DNA of 64,000 nt. Source: Candidatus Aenigmatarchaeota archaeon. GTDB lineage: Archaea; Aenigmatarchaeota; Aenigmatarchaeia; QMZP01. The position numbers were made by a program, and so were the translations under genes. Under the pieces are notes generated by a model, which saw only the letters and a program-made list of their open reading frames with translations, was not told the DNA's origin and did no database searches. Numbering within the stretch: the stretch's first letter is position 1; each line of letters starts with the position of its first letter. The stretch covers positions 4,975-68,974 of the forward strand of contig DAOVCJ010000002.1 in NCBI GenBank assembly GCA_030670085.1. Direction: 5' to 3'. This document shows positions 1 through 11,060 of this stretch, piece by piece.

Positions 1-382
1 CCCTTCCCTTTCCAGCGGAAACCCCTTCAACAACTCCTGGAATGTCCAGAACCTGGATCCTAGCTCCCCTGTATTCCAGAACACCCGGTATAACGTTAAG
101 CGTGGTGAAATCGTATTCCCCTATCTTTGAATCCGCCCTGGTTATCCTGTTTAGCAGGGTGGATTTTCCCACTGACGGGAACCCTACAAGCAGGACTGTC
201 GCATCACCTGCCTTCCTTATCCCGTATCCAAGGCCCACCTTCTTTGCGGTTTTTCTTTGCAGGTCCTGCCTGAGCTTTGCAAGCTTCGCTTTCAGTTTTC
301 CTATATGAAACTGCGTGGCCTTGTTGTAGGGGGTTTTCCTTATCTCCTCTTCTATTGCCTTTATCTCCTCTTGGATATCCAT
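1..382 (-). CDS. DRG/OBG-family GTP-binding protein (5' part; runs off window)
   Basis: Manual minus-strand translation [35 protein letters not shown]...[11 protein letters not shown]...YDFTT...DIPG: DRG N-terminus plus G1/G2/G3 motifs; not in ORF track. Confidence 0.93.
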   Translation of the reverse strand, partial: MDIQEEIKAIEEEIRKTPYNKATQFHIGKLKAKLAKLRQDLQRKTAKKVGLGYGIRKAGDATVLLVGFPSVGKSTLLNRITRADSKIGEYDFTTLNVIPGVLEYRGARIQVLDIPGVVEGVSAGKGR

Positions 383-438
383 TTTAATCACTCTGCTAAT
401 CTAATTAGTATTTAAATAAATTAAATGGTGTTTCAAGT

Positions 439-1188
439 ATGCAGAAGGACCAGCATTTTATGACGGATTTGGAGGCCATAAGAGGAATTGTATCAGCTTC
501 GGAAATCAAGAGGAATGAAACGGTTCTGGAGATTGGAGCCGGTAAGGGTTTCCTGACAAGGGAACTCGCGAAAAGAGCGAAAGTTATAGCAATAGAGATT
601 GACAAAGCGCTTGAGAAGGACCTGAAGAAAAATCTGCAGGGACTTGAGGCTGAACTGATTTTTGGTAATGCCCTGAAAATTCTGAAAAAAGAGGAGATAA
701 GGTTTGACAAAATAGTTTCGAACATCCCCTATGCAATATCCGAATCCCTGCTGCAGGAAATGGTTTTTCTAGACTTCAAATCCGCTGTCCTCACCCTTCC
801 AAAATCGTTTGTTGAAAGGTTAGAAGCGAGACCGGGAGACAAAAGATTCAGCAAACTCTCTATCCTTGCCAGGGAGTTTTTCGAGATAAAAACCCTCTTT
901 GCTATTCCAAGGGAAGCATTCCATCCAAAGCCAAAAACGAGATCTGTCGCTGTTTTTCTGAAATCAAGGGACAAAAAATCCCTTTTTTGCAGGGTATTTT
1001 TGCAGAGAAAAATGAAGCTGAAAAACGCTATCATGCGAGGCCTTTTTGAGACCAAAAAATACTCCAAAAACCAGGCAAGAAAACATATAAAAAGCTTAAA
1101 ATTCAATAATCTATTGGAAAAAAACATGTCAGAGATGGACACAGTGGAGCTCAAAACCGTGTGGAAGCGGCTTCAGAAGATACAGTAA
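439..1188 (+). CDS. rsmA: 16S rRNA adenine dimethyltransferase KsgA/Dim1
   Basis: DQHF, VLEIGAGKG SAM motif, SNIPY, FHPKP. Confidence 0.92.
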   Translation: MQKDQHFMTDLEAIRGIVSASEIKRNETVLEIGAGKGFLTRELAKRAKVIAIEIDKALEKDLKKNLQGLEAELIFGNALKILKKEEIRFDKIVSNIPYAISESLLQEMVFLDFKSAVLTLPKSFVERLEARPGDKRFSKLSILAREFFEIKTLFAIPREAFHPKPKTRSVAVFLKSRDKKSLFCRVFLQRKMKLKNAIMRGLFETKKYSKNQARKHIKSLKFNNLLEKNMSEMDTVELKTVWKRLQKIQ

Positions 1189-1277
1189 ATCTTTCGGAAA
1201 TCATCCGAAAAAGTTCTTCTGAAATTTGAATGAACTATTCCGAAAAACGTGACCCTGAAGCGTGATTGAATGCGAGA

Positions 1278-1307
1278 CCCGACTTGGGTAGACTGAATTA
1301 AGTCGGG
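1278..1307 (+). repeat. 30-nt hairpin element copy
   Basis: CCCGACTT-GGGTAGACTGAATT-AAGTCGGG upstream of top6B. Confidence 0.85.
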
Positions 1308-1322
1308 AGGCGAAGATTGGAA

Positions 1323-1352
1323 GCCGGCTTGGGGCAATTGAACAAAGCCGGA
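1323..1352 (+). repeat. 30-nt hairpin element copy
   Basis: GCCGGCTT-GGGGCAATTGAACA-AAGCCGGA, starts 45 nt after previous copy. Confidence 0.8.
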
Positions 1353-1362
1353 GGTCGAAGGT

Positions 1363-2955
1363 ATGGAAAAGAGCGCAGAGGAAATGGCGAAAGAGCAGAA
1401 GGAGATTTCGATATCCCAATTTTTCGAGAAGAACCGCCATCTTTTGGGATACGATAACAAGATCAAGGCACTGCTAACTATAGTTAAGGAGGGTGTAGAC
1501 AACGCATTGGACGCAACAGAGGAAGCAGGGATACTTCCAGACATCTACGTCAAGGTTGAGGAGATCGAGAAGGAAAAATACAAGATAGTGATAAAGGATA
1601 ACGGGCCTGGAATAGTCAAGAAGCAGATACCAAACATATTCGGAAAGCTGCTTTACGGAAGCAAGTTTCACAGGCTCAAGCAAAACAGAGGACAGCAGGG
1701 TATTGGAATATCTGGTGGCGTTTTATACTCACAGCTGACAACAGGAAAACCCACCAAGATCATATCCTCAACAGGTGACGGGAAAGACCACAGATTTACC
1801 CTCAAGATAGATGTCAAGCACAATGAGCCAAAGATAGTGGAGAATGAGGTGGTTGAGAGCAAGGAGAAATGGCACGGTGTCCAGATAACCTTTGTTGCAG
1901 AGGGTATTTACAGGGGACACAAGCAATCAGTCATGGAGTACATGAAAGAAGTCGCGATCTCCAATCCCTACGCGAACATAATTTTTGATTCCCCAACAGG
2001 CAGGATAGAATTCGCGAGAGGGGTTGACAAACTCCCTCCCAAGGCAAAGGAGATAAAACCCCATCTTTACGGGATTGAGGTTGGCATACTGGAGAGGATG
2101 AGGAATGAGACCAAGGGCAGGACGGTTCTGACCTTCCTTATGTCAGAGTTCACAAGAGTAGGGAAACTCTCTGCAGAGGAGATATGCAAAAAGGCGGAAA
2201 TAGATTCCAAGATATCTCCCAGGAAGCTCACGCATGATGACGTGGTAAAGATTGTAAACGCAATAAAGGAAGTCAAACTCTCAAGACCGCCAACAGATTG
2301 TCTCTCACCACTAGGCAACACAGCAGTTGAAGAGGGGATGAAGAAGGAACTAAGCCCGGAATTCGTTTCATCGCTTTCAAGGCCCCCGAGTGTTTACAGG
2401 GGCTGGCCGTTCCAGGTTGAGGTCGGGATTGCGTATGGTGGGTTAATAACAGAACCGAATCTCATGAGGTTTGCAAACCGTGTTCCACTGCTTTACCAGT
2501 TAGGTGACTGCGCGATAGCAAAGGCGGTTTCCCAAGTAGACTGGAAGAGATACGGTGTGCCCGGGGACAAGATGCCTGATGCGCCTGTTGTGATATTCGT
2601 TCATTTCGCCTCTGTCTGGGTTCCCTTTACATCAGAATCCAAGGAGGCGATAGCGAACTATCCTGTGATAATAAAGGAGATAAAGCTCGCCCTGCAGGAC
2701 TGTGCAAGAAGACTTGGGTTGTATCTCTCTGGTGTGAGGAGGGCTGAGAGGATAGCTCAGAAGAAACAGATATTTGAAAGGTATGCAATAGACACGGCAA
2801 AGGCACTGGGGGAGCTGACAGGAGAGGCAGAGGAGAAAATCAAGGAAACGATTCTCAAGATTGTTGAAGAGAAATGGAGAGAAATAGTTGCAGAGGAAGG
2901 TGAGGAGAATGAAAAAGAAAACCAAAAAGAAAACAACTCCAAAGGGAAAGGATGA
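1363..2955 (+). CDS. top6B: DNA topoisomerase VI subunit B
   Basis: [14 protein letters not shown] motifs [43 protein letters not shown]. Confidence 0.97.
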   Translation: MEKSAEEMAKEQKEISISQFFEKNRHLLGYDNKIKALLTIVKEGVDNALDATEEAGILPDIYVKVEEIEKEKYKIVIKDNGPGIVKKQIPNIFGKLLYGSKFHRLKQNRGQQGIGISGGVLYSQLTTGKPTKIISSTGDGKDHRFTLKIDVKHNEPKIVENEVVESKEKWHGVQITFVAEGIYRGHKQSVMEYMKEVAISNPYANIIFDSPTGRIEFARGVDKLPPKAKEIKPHLYGIEVGILERMRNETKGRTVLTFLMSEFTRVGKLSAEEICKKAEIDSKISPRKLTHDDVVKIVNAIKEVKLSRPPTDCLSPLGNTAVEEGMKKELSPEFVSSLSRPPSVYRGWPFQVEVGIAYGGLITEPNLMRFANRVPLLYQLGDCAIAKAVSQVDWKRYGVPGDKMPDAPVVIFVHFASVWVPFTSESKEAIANYPVIIKEIKLALQDCARRLGLYLSGVRRAERIAQKKQIFERYAIDTAKALGELTGEAEEKIKETILKIVEEKWREIVAEEGEENEKENQKENNSKGKG

Positions 2956-4030
2956 GTCGAATGACAGGCTCGTAGGGTTTGGAACAGGTGTGTTGACCCA
3001 GATAAACAAGATGAAAAATCCAGACATAAAACTACCGATCAGAGCGCTTTCGAACATTTATTTCGATGAGAAGCATAAACTGATAAGGCTGGGAGACAAG
3101 GTAAGTCACAGAACGTACCTGAATGTTGCTCACACCAGGAAGTTCATGCAGACCCTGCTGGTAGCTTCTGAATGCAAGAAGATAATAAACCAGAACGTCA
3201 CCACATCCATCAGGGATCTTTATTACGCTCTGAAGCATACAATACCCGGAACGAATGAAAACACCTTTGAAGACCAGTCCGAGTCGGATCCCATACTGGA
3301 GGATTTGGAGGCAGCCCTGAACACCCTGAGAGAGGCCCTTCACCTTCAGGCAGACAGGAAGGGATATGTCGCAGGACATATCATGATAAATGACCGTGGA
3401 GACCGAATAGACTGCGCCAAGATGGGTTCCTCCGGCTGGGCTATCCCATCGAACGTTGAACCAGAGGTCATAAAGTTTGAAAAATGTACGGCAGATTTTG
3501 TTCTGGTGATAGAGAAAGACGCGGTCTGGCAGAGACTGAATGAGGACAAGTTCTGGAGAAAACAGAACTGCCTTATCCTGACCGGAAAGGGACAGCCTGC
3601 AAGGGGAACGAGAAGACTGATAAACAGGCTTCACAAGGAACTAAAGCTCCCAGTCTATGTCCTCACAGATGCAGACCCTTGGGGTTATTATATATACTCT
3701 GTTATAAAACAGGGCTCGATAAACCTGTCGTTCCTTTCTGACAGGCTCGGAACTCCTAATGCCAAGTTCATTGGACTGACTGTCCAGGATGTTGAGAAAT
3801 ACGGCATCACAGAGAACGTTACCATAAAGCTGAACCAGGGCGACGTCAAAAGAACGAATGAGATGCTTAAGTATGTCTGGTTTAAGCCAAAGGAGTGGCA
3901 GAAGGAACTGAGACACATGCTTGAGAAGGGATACAAGCTGGAGCTTGAGGCTCTGTCTTCAAAGGGGATAAAGTTCATAAGCGAGAAGTATCTACCTGAA
4001 AAGATAGCGAAAAAGGAATTCCTACCATGA
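2909..4030 (+). CDS. top6A: DNA topoisomerase VI subunit A
   Basis: SIRDLYY catalytic Tyr, TOPRIM VIEKDA, GKGQP, DADPWG; ATG 2909 preceded by AGGTGAGG. Confidence 0.97.
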   Translation: MKKKTKKKTTPKGKDESNDRLVGFGTGVLTQINKMKNPDIKLPIRALSNIYFDEKHKLIRLGDKVSHRTYLNVAHTRKFMQTLLVASECKKIINQNVTTSIRDLYYALKHTIPGTNENTFEDQSESDPILEDLEAALNTLREALHLQADRKGYVAGHIMINDRGDRIDCAKMGSSGWAIPSNVEPEVIKFEKCTADFVLVIEKDAVWQRLNEDKFWRKQNCLILTGKGQPARGTRRLINRLHKELKLPVYVLTDADPWGYYIYSVIKQGSINLSFLSDRLGTPNAKFIGLTVQDVEKYGITENVTIKLNQGDVKRTNEMLKYVWFKPKEWQKELRHMLEKGYKLELEALSSKGIKFISEKYLPEKIAKKEFLP

Positions 4031-4032
4031 TA

Positions 4033-4194
4033 TTAAACGGTTACGACTGCCCTGTCCTTGCAGAGTGGTTTATCGATGGTTTGGTCTGATACGTGTTTTT
4101 GCCTTAATTTACAGAAACCCAATATAATCTTTCCTTTCTGGTACTTATTCTCCTCCTTCGTGAAGTAGGGACATTTCTTACAACTAAAGACCAT
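4033..4194 (-). CDS. Small Cys-rich protein (53 aa), putative zinc finger
   Basis: Manual translation MVFSCKKCPYFTKEENKYQKGKIILGFCKLRQKHVSDQTIDKPLCKDRAVVTV; fills intergenic gap, AT-rich upstream. Confidence 0.6.
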   Translation of the reverse strand: MVFSCKKCPYFTKEENKYQKGKIILGFCKLRQKHVSDQTIDKPLCKDRAVVTV

Positions 4195-4280
4195 GTTTAA
4201 AAATTCTCCTCAAGATTTAAATTGGTTTTTTTGTGTTTTAAGCAAGGCTTTAATATTTATGCGTCTGCCTAATTTAATGT

Positions 4281-6398
4281 ATGGGTTACATCTTGATAAT
4301 ATCCGAGAAGCCGACTGCTGCCAAAAGGATAGCCCATGCCCTTTCAACCGGTGAGTTAAAGAAGCTCGGTAAAAAGGACGCTCCCTATTACAGGATAACC
4401 AGAAAGGGAAAGGATATTATGGTTGTCCCTGCTGTGGGGCACCTATTCGTTCTCGATGAGAAGGAGAAGGGCGCCAAATGGACGTATCCTGTTTTTTCAG
4501 TGGACTGGAAACCCACATTCCAGAAGAAGGAGAACCTATGGTCAAAGAAGTATTACCAGAACATAACCAGCCTTGCGAAAAAGGCGAATGAGTTCATTTC
4601 TGCATGCGATTATGATGTTGAGGGAAGCGTGATAGCGTACAACATACTGAGGTTTATTTGCGGTGTGAAAGATGGAAAACGAATGAAGTTCTCCACCCTC
4701 ACCCCACCGGACCTTGTGGAGGCGTATGAAAACGCTTCGCCACATCTGGACTTCCCGCAGATTGAAGCAGGAATCACAAGGCATTACATGGACTGGTATT
4801 TCGGGATAAACATGAGCAGGGCCCTTACACTGTCAGTGGAGCATGTGGGTGGTTTCTGGACCCTGTCAACCGGACGGGTTCAGGGCCCGACCCTGAATAT
4901 ACTAGAAGAAAGACAAAAAGAGATAATGAGATTCAAACCAGTCCCCTTCTGGCAGCTTGAGCTGCATGGCGTTCTTGATGGGAAGACTATTATAGCCCTT
5001 CACGAAAAAGACAAGTTCTGGAAAAAAGAGGAAGTAGAAAATGCAATGGAAAGATGTAAGGGCAAAGACGGGGTTGTTGACAAGGTTGAAAAAAGGGAGC
5101 ACAAACAATATCCACCGTTCCCATTCGACCTCACAACCCTGCAGAGGGAGTCCTACAACCATTTCGGCTACTCCCCCAAGCAGACCCTGGACATGGTTCA
5201 GGGACTCTACGAACATGCCCTGATATCCTACCCTAGAACATCTAGCCAGAAGCTTCCGGCAAAGATCGGTTACAAAAACATACTGAAAAAGCTGTCAGGC
5301 CAGAAAAGGTATGAAGAGTTGTGTGAAAAACTGCTGGGAAGGAAATTCCTAAGACCAAATGAGGGGAAGAAGGAGGATCCCGCGCACCCTGCAATATTCC
5401 CCACAGGGAACAAACCAAAGAGAATTAACCGATATCAAATGAAGGTTTACGACATGATTGTTAAAAGATTCCTTGCTGTCTTTGCTGATCCGGCGGTGAG
5501 GGAACAGGTAAGGGTGGAGATAAGGGTTGATGGTGAGATGTTTCTCGCGCATGGTATTAGGACTCTGAAATCAAACTGGATTGAGTTCTACAAGCCCTAC
5601 GCCATTTTCAAGGAGGAGATTCTCCCAGAGGTTTCAAAGGGCGACAAGGTTAAGGTTGATGAAATTCTGATGCTTGACAAGGAAACAGAACCCCCGAACA
5701 GATACAGCCAGGCATCGATTCTGAAGGAGATGGAGAACCTGAACCTGGGGACAAAGGCCACCAGAGCGCATATATTGCAAACGCTTTACGACAGGGGGTA
5801 TATAAGGGAGAGATCCATCCAGGTCACTGAGCTTGGCGAGGCTGTGGTTAGCGCATTGGGAAAATACTGCCCGGAAATCGTATCAGCGGATCTTACAAAG
5901 AAGTTCGAGAGTGATATGGAACTGGTTGAGAACGGTAAGAAGAAAAGGGCGGAGATTCTGGAGGATGTTGAGAAAGAGCTTGTCAAGATACTTTCCAATT
6001 TCAAGGAGCATGAGAAGCATATAGGTGAGGAGATACTTAAGGCGATAAAGGATTATGAAAGGGAGATTCACACCGTCGGGAAATGCGACAAGTGCGGCGG
6101 CGAACTCAGAATCATTCATTCCCACAGGACAGGCAAGAGATTCGTGGGCTGCTCCAGTTACCCGAAATGCACCAACTCGTTCCCACTGCCACAGCACGGT
6201 TATATTGAAGTCATATCTAGGAAATGTTCCAACTGCGGCCTGGGTCTAATCCAGGTTAAAGCAAAGGGAAAGAGACCCTGGAGGTTCTGCATAAAGTGCG
6301 GCTTCGAGAACAAGATCAAGAAAAAATCAGGCGGCAAGAAAAAAGAAGAGCTCAAGAAGGAACCTGAAAAAGACGTTAAAAAGAAAGAGGAGAAATAA
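4281..6398 (+). CDS. topA: DNA topoisomerase IA with C-terminal zinc ribbons
   Basis: ISEKP, ACDYDVEG, STGRVQGP, ISYPRT catalytic Tyr, C4 zinc fingers. Confidence 0.97.
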   Translation: MGYILIISEKPTAAKRIAHALSTGELKKLGKKDAPYYRITRKGKDIMVVPAVGHLFVLDEKEKGAKWTYPVFSVDWKPTFQKKENLWSKKYYQNITSLAKKANEFISACDYDVEGSVIAYNILRFICGVKDGKRMKFSTLTPPDLVEAYENASPHLDFPQIEAGITRHYMDWYFGINMSRALTLSVEHVGGFWTLSTGRVQGPTLNILEERQKEIMRFKPVPFWQLELHGVLDGKTIIALHEKDKFWKKEEVENAMERCKGKDGVVDKVEKREHKQYPPFPFDLTTLQRESYNHFGYSPKQTLDMVQGLYEHALISYPRTSSQKLPAKIGYKNILKKLSGQKRYEELCEKLLGRKFLRPNEGKKEDPAHPAIFPTGNKPKRINRYQMKVYDMIVKRFLAVFADPAVREQVRVEIRVDGEMFLAHGIRTLKSNWIEFYKPYAIFKEEILPEVSKGDKVKVDEILMLDKETEPPNRYSQASILKEMENLNLGTKATRAHILQTLYDRGYIRERSIQVTELGEAVVSALGKYCPEIVSADLTKKFESDMELVENGKKKRAEILEDVEKELVKILSNFKEHEKHIGEEILKAIKDYEREIHTVGKCDKCGGELRIIHSHRTGKRFVGCSSYPKCTNSFPLPQHGYIEVISRKCSNCGLGLIQVKAKGKRPWRFCIKCGFENKIKKKSGGKKKEELKKEPEKDVKKKEEK

Positions 6399-6403
6399 TA
6401 ATT

Positions 6404-6787
6404 ATGGAAGAGGAAATCAGAAAGGAGGAACCCAGACCAGAAGAGAAAAAGGAAGAGCCAGAAGAAGCGAAAGAAGAAAAGAAAGAAGAGACCGAGGAAA
6501 AACCAAAGGAAGAAAAACCAAAAGAAATAGTGGAAAGGAAACCCTGGACAAGGTGGACGATGGAAGAGAGAAAAGAACACTTGAAGAAGAGGAGACATGG
6601 TCCAAGGGAAAGATGGTTTGTTCTGCTTTTCTTCTCAATCCTGTTCATTGTATTCCTATCAGCACTGTCCTATTCAATAGTTTACCAGATGGACCCATCC
6701 CTAATAGTAACACTGATTGCAGTCGTTGTTATAATATCCATAGTGGGTATTTTCTACACACAGAACATATGGTATAGAACAGAGTAA
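6404..6787 (+). CDS. Hypothetical membrane protein, E/K-rich N-terminus, two TM helices
   Basis: ORF directly after topA; two hydrophobic segments. Confidence 0.7.
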   Translation: MEEEIRKEEPRPEEKKEEPEEAKEEKKEETEEKPKEEKPKEIVERKPWTRWTMEERKEHLKKRRHGPRERWFVLLFFSILFIVFLSALSYSIVYQMDPSLIVTLIAVVVIISIVGIFYTQNIWYRTE

Positions 6788-6835
6788 TCAGGAATAAAAA
6801 ACTAGGGAATGAAGCGTTCCGCTATTCCGGTAGAA

Positions 6836-7822
6836 TCAGGCACCCTGCTGGGACTCAAGAAAGACTTCCTTTATTTCTATTGGTTCCACTTTCCTGGACC
6901 TGAGACCCTTCCTTATAATAACGAGCCTCTTCCTAGGACCTGGTACAGATCCCGAGAGGAGCAGGTAATCACCCTTTACCAAACCATAGTTCAGCCATCC
7001 ACCCTTGGGATTGATTCCTCCAGAGCCAGTCTTCATAACCATTTTGTTGAACTCCGTCCGGGTCTGGAAACCGAGCTGTCCTGCCATGGCTATCTTCCCA
7101 GGAAGCACCCTTGCCACTCCCCTCACACCGATAACACCGGTATGCCTTCTTTTCCCCTTGTTTTTCCTAGACCTTATTATAACTCCGAACCTCTTGACAG
7201 GGCCCTGGTAACCCTTTCCCTTGTCCACCGCAGAAACATCAATCCATTCCCCGTTCTTGAAGACATCAGAGACCCTTATCTCATCACCAAGCTTCTGCTT
7301 TGCATACTCCCATTTCTTTTTAACATCACCACCCAGACCTAGCTCAAACAACTCTAGTTTTTTCTTCCCTATGCCAGATTCTCTCGGCTGGGTGTGAACA
7401 AGCAACCTTATGTCCGCAACTTTTTCTATCTGCCCTTCAAGGGATTGAATCTTAGTTTTGGGGTCTGTCTTTTTAGGTACCTTTGTTTTCCTGTCAAGGT
7501 CTTTGGAAAGTTTCTCTGCCCAGATGGTCTCAATCCTTTTCAGACCCTCGGATTTTCTGTAAACATGTATTGCGCAAACCCTAAGTGAGGGACAATCCAG
7601 AACCGTTACAGGTTTGACAATCTCCTCACCCTCTGTTGTAGAATCCTTTCTCTGATTAACAAAAACGAGTCTGGTCATGCCTGCCTTGTAACCAGCAAAC
7701 GCCAACGGCAGGGCTTCCTCAATCTTTAATGCCCTGGTCTTGACCCTGGGATAGATTCTCTTGGCTCTCTTTTTTGGCCAGTATGCCCTTGAACCAGCAA
7801 CGGGTTTGTGATGCTTTGCCAT
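6836..7822 (-). CDS. rpl3: 50S ribosomal protein uL3
   Basis: FAGYKAGMT, KGKGYQGPVKRFG, GQLGFQTRTE, GSVPGP. Confidence 0.97.
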   Translation of the reverse strand: MAKHHKPVAGSRAYWPKKRAKRIYPRVKTRALKIEEALPLAFAGYKAGMTRLVFVNQRKDSTTEGEEIVKPVTVLDCPSLRVCAIHVYRKSEGLKRIETIWAEKLSKDLDRKTKVPKKTDPKTKIQSLEGQIEKVADIRLLVHTQPRESGIGKKKLELFELGLGGDVKKKWEYAKQKLGDEIRVSDVFKNGEWIDVSAVDKGKGYQGPVKRFGVIIRSRKNKGKRRHTGVIGVRGVARVLPGKIAMAGQLGFQTRTEFNKMVMKTGSGGINPKGGWLNYGLVKGDYLLLSGSVPGPRKRLVIIRKGLRSRKVEPIEIKEVFLESQQGA

Positions 7823-7831
7823 GAGATCACC

Positions 7832-8242
7832 CTAAACCCTTCTCCCTCTCCTCCCACCTGGTTTTCTTGTCGTGTCGTGCGGGATCGGGGTTACATCCTC
7901 AATTTTCCCTATCCTGAGACCAGACCTTACCAGAGAACGTATGGCTGGCTGAACGCCCTGCCCGGGCATTTTCTTCTTGTGACCCCCTGGTGCTCGGATC
8001 TTCAGATGGACACCCACAAGACCCCTGGACAATGCCTCGGACGCGGCCCTTCTTGCAGCATGCATTGCAGGGAAGGGCATTCCCTTGTCCTTGTCTCTGT
8101 TGGTGACCATTCCACCGGAAAACCTGGCAATAGTCTCAGCTCCTGTTACGTCAGTGATGTGGATTATGGTGTTGTTCTCAGATGAATAGACATGAGCAAC
8201 ACCCCACATATCCCTTTTCCTCTGCATTTCTGAAGCCATCAT
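7832..8242 (-). CDS. rps11: 30S ribosomal protein uS11
   Basis: [27 protein letters not shown]. Confidence 0.97.
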   Translation of the reverse strand: MMASEMQRKRDMWGVAHVYSSENNTIIHITDVTGAETIARFSGGMVTNRDKDKGMPFPAMHAARRAASEALSRGLVGVHLKIRAPGGHKKKMPGQGVQPAIRSLVRSGLRIGKIEDVTPIPHDTTRKPGGRRGRRV

Positions 8243-8703
8243 TTACCACTCTCTTTACTCATCTTTATCCTCTTCTCCTCCTCTAAAGGAACAAGGTATG
8301 AAGGGAAAACAACCCTCCTCCCATCCACAGAAACATGACCATGAACAATCATTTGTCTGGCCTGATTTATCGACTTTGCCAATCCCTTTCTAAAAATAAC
8401 TGTCTGTAACCTCCTCTCAAGCACATCATTAACAGTTAATGCCAGGACATCATCAAGGTCCATTCTCTTTGAAAGGAAACCGAATCTTGAAAGCTTACCC
8501 AAAAGGACTCTCTCCTGATCCTCATCCTCTGATGCAATCAGGTCTCTGGCTCTCCTCCTGAAACCCCTCAGTGCCTCTTCTGCCTTCCAGAGTTCTCTTT
8601 TTCTCCTCAACCCATAGTTATTGAGTAGGGTTTTCTCATCCTTTATTCTAGCCAGATCCCAAGCCTTCTTCGGCCGCTTGAAGGTCTTTCTTATCCTTCT
8701 CAT
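8239..8703 (-). CDS. rps4: 30S ribosomal protein uS4
   Basis: [28 protein letters not shown]; start taken at MRRIRK. Confidence 0.96.
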   Translation of the reverse strand: MRRIRKTFKRPKKAWDLARIKDEKTLLNNYGLRRKRELWKAEEALRGFRRRARDLIASEDEDQERVLLGKLSRFGFLSKRMDLDDVLALTVNDVLERRLQTVIFRKGLAKSINQARQMIVHGHVSVDGRRVVFPSYLVPLEEEKRIKMSKESGK

Positions 8704-8707
8704 ACAA

Positions 8708-9253
8708 TCACTTCTTTTTGGATTTTGCAGGCTGCCTCTTCTTCTTTGAAACCCCAACTGTCTTTCCCCCGCTTCCGGAACCTGTTCTCTGGCCGCGGAC
8801 GGGTAGACCAAGTATGTGCCTTACCCCTCTGTAGGATTTCAGTTTCTTCATTTCATTTATGTCCATTTTGTGGGCAAGCTCCAGCTTGGATACGCTCAGG
8901 TGCATGTCCCTGCCTGTTACAGGGTCCCTCTTCCTGTTGTAAAGCCAGGAAGGTATTCCAAACTTCTCGGGATTTAGTATAATCTCCTCTAATCCCTGCA
9001 TCTCCTGTTCTGAGAGCTCTCCAAGCTTCTTGTCACCAAACCCGGTCATTTTTGAAACAGCGTTGCTGAACATGAAAGACACACCCCTTATACTTCTTAT
9101 CGCTACCTTTACTGGTTTTCCACCATCAAGGTTGGTTTCAACCAGCCTTATGATATCCTGCACCCTCTTCTCCTTTTTCTCAGCCTCCTCGGGCTTCTTA
9201 CCTTTGGGAATTTCTTTCCCCTTCTCTGCATGGGCATGCTTTTTCTTTTCCAT
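8708..9253 (-). CDS. rps13: 30S ribosomal protein uS13
   Basis: IPSWLYNR, SYRGVRH, GLPVRGQRT. Confidence 0.97.
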   Translation of the reverse strand: MEKKKHAHAEKGKEIPKGKKPEEAEKKEKRVQDIIRLVETNLDGGKPVKVAIRSIRGVSFMFSNAVSKMTGFGDKKLGELSEQEMQGLEEIILNPEKFGIPSWLYNRKRDPVTGRDMHLSVSKLELAHKMDINEMKKLKSYRGVRHILGLPVRGQRTGSGSGGKTVGVSKKKRQPAKSKKK

Positions 9254-9299
9254 GAAATCACTAATAGTTACTAGTATATGTAAAAGGTATTTAAATTAA

Positions 9300-10076
9300 T
9301 TAAAACTCGCCTCTTTTGCTGAAGAACTTCTCATATTCCAGCGCAGTTTTTTCATAATCCTGTATAAAATTCTCATAGCTCTTTATCATCTTCTGGTCAG
9401 TGAGTCTTGTGACTGGTTCTGATCTTAGCTTCTCAATCCTGTCCCTGAATTTTTTGATTATGCTTTCGCACATCTTTGTCTCGAATTCATAGATATTTCT
9501 TACAAGTCTGGATTTCCTTTTCCTCCAAGTAGAGATTAGAATCGAGTCTATCTCAGGCTCAGAACCAGGCTCATATGACTTTATCTTGATATCCGTTATG
9601 AGCTTCCTAAGTTTAAGCTTCTCCCTTTTGTTAAGTATCAGTTTTTTCGCTCTCTTCAGAGTAAGGGAATCAAAGTACGCGAAAAGCTCGCTCACTACAT
9701 CGAACCTGGTCATGACATACCAGAGCAGTCCCAGGAAGAAGATATAGTAGTTTATGTAAATGATGGAGTCTATTAGAAATTTCTCTATAAGAATATTGTA
9801 AGACCAAAGAACCAGGGTCATCCCTGATGTTAACACTGTTAGTAAGGCATGAGACACCATATACCCAGAAGACTGAATCACTACGAATTTCTTCATCTTC
9901 TTTTCCATAAACAATGCAACATACCAGCTTATTCCGGAATGCAGAATGTAGAACATTATGAAGTATAAGTAGTATGGGAACCCGAATATGATTGCTACTG
10001 TGAAGCTGAATATCCCCATGCAAAAATAGTAGTAATGGATTATCTGGAAATACTTAACACCAATATAGATGTTCAT
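9300..10076 (-). CDS. Hypothetical multi-pass membrane protein with C-terminal coiled coil (paralog 1)
   Basis: About 4 TM helices; closely similar to adjacent ORF. Confidence 0.8.
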   Translation of the reverse strand: MNIYIGVKYFQIIHYYYFCMGIFSFTVAIIFGFPYYLYFIMFYILHSGISWYVALFMEKKMKKFVVIQSSGYMVSHALLTVLTSGMTLVLWSYNILIEKFLIDSIIYINYYIFFLGLLWYVMTRFDVVSELFAYFDSLTLKRAKKLILNKREKLKLRKLITDIKIKSYEPGSEPEIDSILISTWRKRKSRLVRNIYEFETKMCESIIKKFRDRIEKLRSEPVTRLTDQKMIKSYENFIQDYEKTALEYEKFFSKRGEF

Positions 10077-10102
10077 ATAATTTTATAGGGATTCCTGATT
10101 TA

Positions 10103-10876
10103 TCAATAGTTCTTTTTGCTGAAGAACTTTTCATATCCCAGCGCAGTCCTTTCATAATCCTGTATAAACTTTTCATAACTCTTTATCATCTTCTGGTCAG
10201 TGAGGGTCAGATCTGGTTTTGATCTTATTTTCTCAATACTCTCCCTGAATTTCTCGATTATCTTCTCGCACATCTTTGTCTCGAATTCATAGATATTTCT
10301 CTCGATGTTTGACTTTCTTTCCCTCCATGCAGATATCAGAATCGAGTCTATCTCAGGTTCAGAACCAGGTTCATAGGACTCTATTTTGAGATCAGTAATG
10401 AGCTTTCTAAGACCAAGCTCCTCCCTTTTGTTAAGTATCAGTTTTTTCGCTCTCTTCAGAGTAAGGGAATCAAAGTACTCGAAGAGTCCACCCACTAAAT
10501 TGAACTTGGTCATGGTATACCAGAGCAGTCCCAGGAAGAACACGAAGTAGTTTATCTGAATAATAGAGTCTATTAAAAACCTCTCTATAAATACCTGGTA
10601 ATACCACAGAAACAGGGTCAGCCCTGCTGTTAAGAATGTTAATAAAATATGGGACACCATATAGCTATTGGATTGTATCACCACGAATTTCTTCATCTTC
10701 CTTTCCATAAAATATGCGACGTACCAGCTTATTGCAGAATGGATGATGCAGAAGATTATGAAGAATATGGAGTAGGGGAACCCGAATATGATCGCTGCCG
10801 TGAAGCTGAATATCCCCATGCAGAAATAGTAGTAATGAATCATCTGAAAATACTCAACACCAATATAGAGACCCAT
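10103..10876 (-). CDS. Hypothetical multi-pass membrane protein (paralog 2)
   Basis: Tandem duplicate of 9300..10076. Confidence 0.8.
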   Translation of the reverse strand: MGLYIGVEYFQMIHYYYFCMGIFSFTAAIIFGFPYSIFFIIFCIIHSAISWYVAYFMERKMKKFVVIQSNSYMVSHILLTFLTAGLTLFLWYYQVFIERFLIDSIIQINYFVFFLGLLWYTMTKFNLVGGLFEYFDSLTLKRAKKLILNKREELGLRKLITDLKIESYEPGSEPEIDSILISAWRERKSNIERNIYEFETKMCEKIIEKFRESIEKIRSKPDLTLTDQKMIKSYEKFIQDYERTALGYEKFFSKKNY

Positions 10877-11015
10877 ACAATTTTATAGGATTTCTGGGTT
10901 TATCAATACCAAAAGCAAGCCCACAAAAACCGCTTTATTAACCCGGAATAAACTTAAATATATTATGAATACAGTATATAGTTAATAATCACGGGAAAGC
11001 AACCAAAGAGTGTAT

Positions 11016-11045
11016 GACGGCTTGGACATACTGGGTTAAGCCGTC
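11016..11045 (+). repeat. 30-nt hairpin element copy
   Basis: GACGGCTT-GGACATACTGGGTT-AAGCCGTC in rpl4 leader; CAACC occurs before and after. Confidence 0.88.
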
Positions 11046-11060
11046 CAACCGAGTGATGGT

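Noticed and set aside
1278..1352. Strict BHB motifs around free-standing copies (1278, 11016, 20355, 48380)
   Set aside because: No 4-bp central helix with two 3-nt bulges could be drawn by hand, so splicing of these copies is not claimed.
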